Assembly (NCBI GenBank): GCA_964441955.1
Contig: CAYTWA010000002.1
Coordinates: forward strand, 137,170-169,169
DNA: 32,000 nucleotides
DNA from: an uncultured Elusimicrobia bacterium
Lineage (GTDB): Bacteria; Elusimicrobiota; Elusimicrobia; 2-01-FULL-59-12
Direction: 5' to 3'
Shown: in pieces, positions 15,801 to 22,849 of the stretch
Layout: each line of letters starts with the position of its first letter
Position numbering within the stretch: position 1 is the first letter of the stretch
The notes under the pieces: generated by a model
The model's input: only the letters and a program-made list of their open reading frames with translations
What the model was told of the DNA's origin: nothing
The model's database searches: none
Position numbers and translations under genes: made by a program

Positions 15801-15836
15801 CCCTCGCGTCTGCACCAAATAAAAGGCAACCTTACT

Positions 15837-18800
15837 ATGCACTTATTAACCCGCGTTCTTTCAACCGTTTTATCCTTCGCGCTCTTAATTCCATCCCTGG
15901 CACAACCGTCTTTGGCTTCTCCGGTCGCTCTTCCTTTTGACTTATCGCCACGCTTGGGCTTTATCACCGAGTCTTGGGCGAGTTCTTCTTCGGCCCCCCG
16001 TATCGTGATCATCCAAGACCTCCACCTGCACTACGAAACGCAGAAACGCATCATCAAAATTTTAGATCACCTCTTTACCCAGAAGATCGTCTCGGGCCCC
16101 GTGGCCGTGGAAGGGGTCGAAGGCGTCTACGACACCACCAAATTAGCCGTCTACCCCGCGGGCAAACTCAAAACAAAACTCGTGGACTATTTCCTTAAAA
16201 AAGGCGAGCTTTCGGGGGATGAGGCGTTCTCGATTCTCAAGGGTGACGGCAAGATTCTTTATGGGGTAGACAGCGCGTCTTATTACGGCCTTAACAAAGA
16301 CCTCTACAAAAAAACCCTGGCCAGCCGCCAAGCGTTGGAGGCCAAGCTCAAACCCATCCAAGAAGAACTTTCCTACTTAAAGAAGAAGCACCGCCGCGAC
16401 ACCTCGGTTTTAGGCCAAAACGTCAAACAGGCGGGTGAGATGGTGAACCTTTTGCAGCGCCTCTTGCATCAAGAAGTGACGTTGGAAGAAGCGCGGTATA
16501 TCGCCCAGCGTCTCCCGGCGTTCGTGGAGGTGTCCGAGAAACTTCTCTCATCTTCGTCCCCGCAGGTCGTAGGCGGGGACCCAGCGTCTTCAGATCTCGA
16601 AGAAACCATCCGCTCAGCGGTCGACTTCTACATCGTAGCCCTGATGCGCGACAAGCCGCTGGCGCAGAACACGGTGAAGCTGTTGAAGCGATTAAGCGAT
16701 GAAGCGAGTAAGCGAGTAAGTGATTCTCCTCACTCACCCACTCGCTCAATTGCTTATTCTCCATCACTCGCCCTTGTCACCGGAGGCTTCCACACCGCGG
16801 GCCTCACCCGCGCCTTTAAACAAGCCAACATCAGCTACACCGTCATCACCCCCCGCCTAGACAAAGCCCCCAGTGCGCAGTCCCGTGCGCTTTATGAAAA
16901 ACGACTTTCCAATATTTCTTTGGATCAGGCAGAGATGTCTTCAGATCTGCACCTTTCAGTAACAATGGTTGCTGTTCGTGCTAGTAAGGTTTTTGAATTG
17001 CTTCCTCTGGCTTGGGACAAGTTAACCGCAAAGCGAACACTCCGATTCCCTTCCATCCGGTTTCGTTCCCCGCGGCGTATGCGTACTCAGTTTGGTGGTA
17101 TCCCTTTTAACTCCTCGAACTCTGACAGAGAGGAAACGAAAAATTTGGCCGAGGTCCTTTCTCGGTGGTCTGGCTTAAAAGAAGATCTTCGCAATGGGAT
17201 CGCTCTGTATTTAGATAAAAAGAAATCCGAAGGTGTTTTTACGGCTGAAAAGGCTGCGGCATTGCTTGAAAAGACAATGACCCAGGTGGAGTTGTGGGCG
17301 ATCAGTTCCTCGATTGACCGGTTTACTCGTTTGGGCATCGTTCGGGCGATTGAAAATCAGCGCTGGGAAGACATCGTGACGGCCTTTAGTGATCAGCTGA
17401 AGTTTGGCACCGCGGGCCCTCGGTCAAAAGCGGCACTCACCACTGATGAATTGGTGTCACTTCGTGATCATGGTTTTACAGCGCCTATTTTAAAAGGATC
17501 CAACACCGTCAACAATGTGACGATCGCTCGTTTGACGACGGGTGTGGCGCGACACTTTAAGCGAACTCAAGTGGCGAAAGGGCGCACGACGCGCCCCCGT
17601 GTCTCCATTACATGGGACAGCCGCGTTCATGGGCGTGGTTTTGCCGATCTTGTGGCGGCCATTTTTATTCATGAGGGGTTGGATGTTTTCCTTTTCGATG
17701 TGAGTTCTCCAATGCCAGAAATGTCGTTTTCTGTGGCGGAACTCAAGTTGGACTTAGGGATCTTAATTAGCGCCTCTCATAATCCAGAAGCCTTCAATGG
17801 GTACAAAGTGAGCGACCCTGTGGGCGCTCAATTATCGCCAACACTGCGAAAAGCCATTGAAGCTTCCATCTATGGTGATCCTGCGAACGGCATTTTTCCC
17901 GTGACGTTGGAAGATGTCGCTTGGATTGTGAAGGCGTCCGCAAATCTTGCAGATCCTACGGGCGTTATTCGGCTACCCTCCAAAACCATGGGGCCTTTAA
18001 CATTCATGGCTTGGCAAGAAAACGGCAGGAAGGGTTTAACTTTTTTGGGACAGGAAGATCCCCCTGCAACTGCAAACGGTATTCCGGCCGTTCGCAATAT
18101 TCATGAAGCCCATCGCCGGCATGTGTTGGACCTTTTGTTGTTGCCAATTAACGTTATTCGTGAACATCTTGCGAATATGTATTCTTTGTATTCAGCCATG
18201 TATGGTAATGGGGAAAATACGTACAACCGCTTGCTGATGAATCCCGAAGGCCTGGGGTTGCCTTCCCATTCTGTAAAAGAGTTTGCCCGCTTGGATGGGC
18301 TTTTTCCTCTATTTGCAAACCACAAACCCAAAGCCTTGATCCCTGACCCTGGGAATTCGGCTGGGCAAGCCCATGCGTGGGCCGTGGTCATGCAGTCGCT
18401 TCGGGAAGAATTGGGTTCTGAAGAAAAAATGAAGCGAGTGCTTTTTCAGATTGGACAAAAGCGAGGGCTTGTAATGGGTACGGATCCCGACGCCGATCGC
18501 GCGGGTGTGGCTGTCCCCATACCAGCGGAGCAATTGTCCGATGACCCGTCCATTCAAGAAAAACAACTCGTCTTTTACGTGGTGCCGCCTCAATGGCGTG
18601 AGGAGGTGGATTTTGCGGCGCTGCGACTTCTTCCTGCAAACGATACCTGGGCGTTGATTACAAAATACCGCATCGATCGCCTTTCAGAGATTTTGACGTT
18701 TGATCAAAAGAAAAATCTGCACTTTTCGATCATTAAGACGCACGTCACAACGGATCAAATCAAAGCCCTTAAGGCCTATGCTGAGTCCAGAGGGTTTGCT

Positions 18801-21800
18801 CATATCGAAATTATTGAACCGTTCGTGGGGTTTTCGTTGGTGGCGGATGCTATTCGAGACGGATGGCGTCGTGGTGTCATCAATATCAGCGGACAAGAGG
18901 AAAGCGGGGGTTTTTCTATTGGAGGAGCGCCGCCGGTGATTTATGCGTTGCTTCACCTTTTTCAAAAAGATAATCAGCTTGGATTAGATTGGGATGAGGA
19001 GGAAAATTCTTTAATTAAAAAAAGTTCTCCCTCTTCGACTGATTCTGTGTTGTTATCAGACAAAGTGAGCTATTACGGATACTCGCAGCAAGAACTTACC
19101 GAAGCTTTAGGATATCTTCTAGATCAGAATATTCTAATGATAGATGGTGCCGGATATTATTCTTTGCGTCATGATTATCGAGGATTAAATCATGATGATT
19201 TTTGGGCGCGCGTAAATGGGTTTGTTGATGATGCTCCAGGATCGCGCCTCGGAAAACGCGGGCACACCATGGAAAAAGACGGTCTCATGGCGTTGGTGTT
19301 GCTGGCCGAAGTGGCTGCGTATGCGTCCAGCTTGGGGAAAACACTCAACCAGTATTTGTGGGATGAGCTCTATGCAAAGGTGGGGTACTTCTCAACTACC
19401 AATCAATCCAAAGAGTTTGCTTTTACTCAAGCCGGGGCAGCGGAAAAAATTAGGTATCTCCAAAGCGTTCTCGAGCATGCTCGCCGAGTGGGCAATGGCT
19501 GGAATCTCAGCATTGACCATAAATTGGTTGCTCGGGTTGAGATCTTTGTTCCTAAGGATCAAAAATATGCCGATTCCGAAAATTTCCCGGTCGAATCGTA
19601 TAAGGATTTGCTGCCACTTTTAAGCGATCCAGAGCTTCGAAACAATCCAGCCTTGCTCAAAAGTTTCTTCCCTGAAGAAGGAGTGCGTTTTTACTTCACC
19701 GATGGCAGTCATTTGACCGTTCGTCCTTCGGGAACCGAACCCAAGCTTCGCTTTTACGTTCAGTGGCTCGCCACCGACATCCAAGGTGACATGACGGAGG
19801 CCCAGCGATACCAAAAAGCCGACATCACCGCCTACGATGTGGCCATCGCCGCCAAATCCGTTTTGGGTGCAGCGCCAATAGCCCATTTAATGGCAAATGA
19901 GCCTATTAATTTGATCCATTTCAAGTCAGGCGCCGCCGATGGGCCGGCCCCGGAGAGCGGTTTGGTTCGAATCGAGGACATCATTAGGGCCGTAGTTTGG
20001 GACGAAATTCCTGGGGCAAAGAGGCTGGCTCATGGGCTTACGGGAAAGAAGCTCCGCCATTATGGGGCCGCGAGAGTTTTCGTTAATAATCTCCGTTCCA
20101 ATGACATCGTAATCGGAATCCCTCTGGAGGAAGCAGCAGGCGCTCGCGGCAGAGAAACGATTGTCGGAAAAGTTCGTTCTGTTGTTAGCACCGGCGACGA
20201 CCGACCCGGCGCTGTCATTGACTTTCGAACGGTATATCCTGAAGACGAACATCACTTTGCCTTCTACCGGCTCGCCTTTTGGGCGAATGAGATCGTTATT
20301 CCGCAGCCACACGTAAATCACCTGCTAAACAATCGACTAACGCCACAAGAGGCGCACAAAAAGTTAAGGGGTCGCAAAATTGTCCTAAGTGGTCATGGCC
20401 CTTTCACGCTGGCAGCGCTTGCCAACGCCTACCGAGAAGCGTTCCCAGAATTCCGCTCGGGATTTATTTCTGTTCTGGTCGATGGCAGGCAGCGCATCAC
20501 CGATCCCGAGGCCGATTTAACGCCGTATGAAACTTTTGAGTTGGCCAGTTTCGGGTCAGGCGCCGCAGACGGGCCGGCCCCACGCGAGCGTAGTCATGAC
20601 AAAGACGCCATCCTGGCTGATATCGCCCCGTATCTGGAGGCCGGCGTTCGACGCTACCTCGATGCGGAACACAAACTTGGTTACATCACTTCGTCAGAGC
20701 GAGTTGCACATGAACAAAAAACATTGAGCCGATTTTTAATGTTGTTTGGAGACCCAGGAATTGGCAATGAGGTGCGGCGTTTGATGGTCAAAGCCGTCGT
20801 AGAAAGGCGTTGGGAGGCTTTGGTTCATACTTTTGGCGTCCTTCTCGACCCCGTCATGCCCCATTCTGACCAGGAACTACTTTCACCTGAGCGAATAAGC
20901 CCTGTCATTCTGAAAGGGCTTATCCCACCGCTGACGTTGTTGCGCACTCGTATTTGGAGCTTTGTTATGTATTTGTGGCGTTTAATCTACCCTCCCCAAC
21001 ACTGGGAGAAAACAGTACATATCCCTTTTCAGTTGAAGATTGGAATTGCAGACCCTGGGATGGGGGGCGTTCCGGTTGTTCTCCGCGGTGAAGGAAAGCC
21101 TACGTTAGGGAATATCCTTGATGCGTTGCGTACTCACTATCCACTAGCCAAAAATATAAAGCTTGCAGCGTTTGTGGATGGTCAAATATCAACTACTGAT
21201 CGTAGAGCCAATTTAGGCCGCGCAAAAAAAATTGAGCTTGTATGGCACCCTAGCGGCGCCGCTGATGGGCCGGCCTCAGACGCGGGTAGTCATGACAATG
21301 ACGCCATCCCGGCCGATATCGCCTCTCATCTTGAGACCGGAATTCGAAATTATCTCGATGGGGAAGACGAACGTGGTTACATCATTTCATCAGAGCGAGT
21401 TGCATATGAACAAAAAACATTGAGCCGATTTTCAATGTTGTTTGGAGACCCAGGAATTGGCAATGAGGTGCGGCGTTTGATGGTCAAAGCCGTCGTAGAA
21501 AGGCGTTGGGAGGCTTTGGTTCATACTTTTGGCGTCCTTCTCGACCCCGTCATGCCCCAATCCGACAGCGAATCTCTATCCGCCCAACGTATTATTCCCG
21601 TAATTCAGCAGGGGCTTGCCTTGCCACCGACCATCCAGGGTCCCCATTGGGCTAGATTGGTTTCGTTGTCCGAGCAATTGTCCGCAGCGACAGGGCAGGC
21701 GAAAGGAACCGCGATTCGTTTGGATGGTACGGAGAGTCAACGGTTTACGATGCAGGATCTCTTGGATGCTTTTTGGGAGAAATTCCCGAATCTCCGAAAT

Positions 21801-22475
21801 CAGCGTTTAGCAGTTCAGGTATCCCCGACACCGATGTTTGGGACAAGGCTGATCTTGCATCCGGATGTGGAACTAACACAAGCCATTGACATTGAAATCA
21901 TCTTGCACTTAGAAGGTGTGGTCTACGTTAAATATAAGCGGCCTACATTGCTTGCTCGTTTGTTGAACTTTCTTACCATGTCTAGTAAAGGATTGGGCAG
22001 ATGGTTTTTGGGCGGAATTGTTTCAGCGCTTGTAGCCGCGGCCGGGCTTTTGTTAAGCCAAGCCCAAGGCATGGCACAGGCGACGGTCCCACTGAAACCC
22101 TTAACAGAAGCGGTTCAGCCTCATGCGCAAGCCGTTTTGAACGTGGTCGGGACGTCGTTAGATGTTCTTCTTCCAGTAGGGTTGGTGGTGTTGGGTTTAT
22201 GGTCAATGTTCCAAATCGGTCGGAGTGTATTGCGTGAGTTGGAGAGTCAGCGCGCGCTGGCCGTCCGTGCGGGTGCCCGTGAAAATCAGCTTAAGGCCCC
22301 CGGGTTGTTCTCCGCGTTTCAAGCCGCGATGCGTAAGCCTGCGGGGTATTTGCCTTCCATTGCGCTGTTGGGAGCTATTGCGCTTGGCGTCCCCGAGGCG
22401 GCGCGTCCGGAATTCCTAGCCAATAATCAAGTGGCCACGGCGACTCTGTTGGCCAGTTTTGCCGCCGCGGCTTAA
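15837..22475 (+). CDS. giant (2212 aa) exported, membrane-anchored mosaic protein with an alpha-D-phosphohexomutase core
   Basis: Single uninterrupted ORF. The signal peptide is MHLLTRVLSTVLSFALLIPSLAQPSLA. aa ~455-1345 carry all four phosphohexomutase loops: ISASHNPEAFNGYK (Ser647, nt 17775-17777), GTDPDADR (aa 881-888), GQEESGG (aa 1019-1025) and RPSGTEPKLR (aa 1296-1305). They also carry the family-typical leader ...RWEDIVTAFSDQLKFGTAGPR. aa 1364-2026 form three modules separated by SGAADGPA(P/S). The C-terminus has 3-4 hydrophobic segments (aa ~2056-2076, 2108-2126, 2172-2185). Confidence 0.85.
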   Translation: MHLLTRVLSTVLSFALLIPSLAQPSLASPVALPFDLSPRLGFITESWASSSSAPRIVIIQDLHLHYETQKRIIKILDHLFTQKIVSGPVAVEGVEGVYDTTKLAVYPAGKLKTKLVDYFLKKGELSGDEAFSILKGDGKILYGVDSASYYGLNKDLYKKTLASRQALEAKLKPIQEELSYLKKKHRRDTSVLGQNVKQAGEMVNLLQRLLHQEVTLEEARYIAQRLPAFVEVSEKLLSSSSPQVVGGDPASSDLEETIRSAVDFYIVALMRDKPLAQNTVKLLKRLSDEASKRVSDSPHSPTRSIAYSPSLALVTGGFHTAGLTRAFKQANISYTVITPRLDKAPSAQSRALYEKRLSNISLDQAEMSSDLHLSVTMVAVRASKVFELLPLAWDKLTAKRTLRFPSIRFRSPRRMRTQFGGIPFNSSNSDREETKNLAEVLSRWSGLKEDLRNGIALYLDKKKSEGVFTAEKAAALLEKTMTQVELWAISSSIDRFTRLGIVRAIENQRWEDIVTAFSDQLKFGTAGPRSKAALTTDELVSLRDHGFTAPILKGSNTVNNVTIARLTTGVARHFKRTQVAKGRTTRPRVSITWDSRVHGRGFADLVAAIFIHEGLDVFLFDVSSPMPEMSFSVAELKLDLGILISASHNPEAFNGYKVSDPVGAQLSPTLRKAIEASIYGDPANGIFPVTLEDVAWIVKASANLADPTGVIRLPSKTMGPLTFMAWQENGRKGLTFLGQEDPPATANGIPAVRNIHEAHRRHVLDLLLLPINVIREHLANMYSLYSAMYGNGENTYNRLLMNPEGLGLPSHSVKEFARLDGLFPLFANHKPKALIPDPGNSAGQAHAWAVVMQSLREELGSEEKMKRVLFQIGQKRGLVMGTDPDADRAGVAVPIPAEQLSDDPSIQEKQLVFYVVPPQWREEVDFAALRLLPANDTWALITKYRIDRLSEILTFDQKKNLHFSIIKTHVTTDQIKALKAYAESRGFAHIEIIEPFVGFSLVADAIRDGWRRGVINISGQEESGGFSIGGAPPVIYALLHLFQKDNQLGLDWDEEENSLIKKSSPSSTDSVLLSDKVSYYGYSQQELTEALGYLLDQNILMIDGAGYYSLRHDYRGLNHDDFWARVNGFVDDAPGSRLGKRGHTMEKDGLMALVLLAEVAAYASSLGKTLNQYLWDELYAKVGYFSTTNQSKEFAFTQAGAAEKIRYLQSVLEHARRVGNGWNLSIDHKLVARVEIFVPKDQKYADSENFPVESYKDLLPLLSDPELRNNPALLKSFFPEEGVRFYFTDGSHLTVRPSGTEPKLRFYVQWLATDIQGDMTEAQRYQKADITAYDVAIAAKSVLGAAPIAHLMANEPINLIHFKSGAADGPAPESGLVRIEDIIRAVVWDEIPGAKRLAHGLTGKKLRHYGAARVFVNNLRSNDIVIGIPLEEAAGARGRETIVGKVRSVVSTGDDRPGAVIDFRTVYPEDEHHFAFYRLAFWANEIVIPQPHVNHLLNNRLTPQEAHKKLRGRKIVLSGHGPFTLAALANAYREAFPEFRSGFISVLVDGRQRITDPEADLTPYETFELASFGSGAADGPAPRERSHDKDAILADIAPYLEAGVRRYLDAEHKLGYITSSERVAHEQKTLSRFLMLFGDPGIGNEVRRLMVKAVVERRWEALVHTFGVLLDPVMPHSDQELLSPERISPVILKGLIPPLTLLRTRIWSFVMYLWRLIYPPQHWEKTVHIPFQLKIGIADPGMGGVPVVLRGEGKPTLGNILDALRTHYPLAKNIKLAAFVDGQISTTDRRANLGRAKKIELVWHPSGAADGPASDAGSHDNDAIPADIASHLETGIRNYLDGEDERGYIISSERVAYEQKTLSRFSMLFGDPGIGNEVRRLMVKAVVERRWEALVHTFGVLLDPVMPQSDSESLSAQRIIPVIQQGLALPPTIQGPHWARLVSLSEQLSAATGQAKGTAIRLDGTESQRFTMQDLLDAFWEKFPNLRNQRLAVQVSPTPMFGTRLILHPDVELTQAIDIEIILHLEGVVYVKYKRPTLLARLLNFLTMSSKGLGRWFLGGIVSALVAAAGLLLSQAQGMAQATVPLKPLTEAVQPHAQAVLNVVGTSLDVLLPVGLVVLGLWSMFQIGRSVLRELESQRALAVRAGARENQLKAPGLFSAFQAAMRKPAGYLPSIALLGAIALGVPEAARPEFLANNQVATATLLASFAAAA
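16685..16772. repeat. palindromic element built from 8-nt tandem units, embedded in-frame in the giant ORF
   Basis: The left arm is five tandem octamers GAAGCGAT TAAGCGAT GAAGCGAG TAAGCGAG TAAGTGAT (16685-16724). It is followed by its approximate reverse complement (TCACTCACCCACTCGCTCAATTGCTTA...). It shares AGCGAGTAAGT and ACTCGCTCAAT(T/C)GCT with the element at 22910-22990. Confidence 0.7.
20556..21914 (+). repeat. internal tandem duplication of a ~232-codon module within the giant ORF
   Basis: Module starts at 20556 and 21252 (offset 696 nt) both encode SGAADGPA...ERVA(H/Y)EQKTLSRF(L/S)MLFGDPGIGNEVRRLMVKAVVERRWEALVHTFGVLLDPVMP. Block 20694-20863 versus 21390-21559 differs at only 2 of 170 nt, while the flanks are much more diverged. 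Confidence 0.9.
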
Positions 22476-22503
22476 GCATTTCCGGTTTCGAGAGGCGGCT
22501 TAC

Positions 22504-22614
22504 GGCATAACAAAAAGAAAATAGCACCAAAGAATCAGCGTTTAAAGGCAAAAAGTCGTCACTTTATGTCTTTTTGCCTTTAGCGATTTGGTGCTGTTTT
22601 CTTTTTGTTATGTC
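22504..22614 (+). terminator. long AU-rich hairpin 29 nt after the giant ORF stop; possible terminator or inserted palindromic element
   Basis: The left arm GGCATAACAAAAAGAAAATAGCACCAAA...AAAGGCAAAAAG (22504-22555) pairs with CTTTTTGCCTTT...TTTGGTGCTGTTTTCTTTTTGTTATGTC (22570-22614). This gives a 28-bp outer stem with 2 mismatches, an internal loop, a 12-bp perfect inner stem and a 14-nt loop. There is no clean U-tract after the stem. Confidence 0.4.
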
Positions 22615-22795
22615 GTTTAACAGCCACCCCCGCAGGCCCGACACCGCCCCCGTTCGTCCGGCTTTCAATAAAGTCACCTCAACTCCCACTGCCTCTGCCG
22701 TTGCTTAAGGCTCGGGAGTTGTTCAGGCGTTTCCCCACACAGCCGGGATCGGTGTCGGTATCGGGGAGGATCGATATCGGAGCTTAAAGAACTTG

Positions 22796-22825
22796 TTGAC
22801 AAGATGTTGCACCTGCGACCATAAT
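22796..22825 (+). promoter_or_regulatory. sigma70-type promoter driving the riboswitch leader
   Basis: TTGACA (22796-22801), an 18-nt spacer, then CATAAT (22820-22825), placed ~25 nt upstream of the riboswitch P1 stem. Confidence 0.6.
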
Positions 22826-22849
22826 CCGTCCGCTTCATTTGTTCTTTCA

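Noticed and set aside
15477-15842. Track ORFs 15477..15728 (+), 15507..15842 (-) and the N-terminal 32 codons of 15350..15634 (-), which show hexapeptide periodicity (e.g. KAFRVL TAFRDT QAFRFK; xxLNAx).
   Set aside because: The periodicity appears in several frames and on both strands at once. That is what an 18-bp DNA repeat produces regardless of coding. None has a ribosome-binding site.
19926-21278. Each SGAADGPA junction contains GGCGCC (KasI/NarI) and GGCCGGCC (FseI) palindromes, which suggests engineered cloning linkers.
   Set aside because: The sites are simply the G-A and G-P-A codons. The intervening codons vary synonymously between copies (gcc gcc gat / gcc gca gac / gcc gct gat). 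The surrounding modules show natural divergence, and nothing else in the window looks synthetic.
22504-22614. The hairpin as an integron attC site. Its length is within the attC range, and its ends, GCATAAC...GTTATGT, are close to RYYYAAC...GTTRRRY.
   Set aside because: Both ends miss the consensus by a base. There is no integrase, attI or cassette array nearby, and the stem is far more perfectly paired than typical attC bottom-strand structures.
22605-22787. The 60-aa proline-rich ORF in the gap between the hairpin and the riboswitch promoter.
   Set aside because: It has no RBS, a low-complexity composition and a start inside the hairpin's 3' arm. I treat the region as non-coding, although its function is unexplained.
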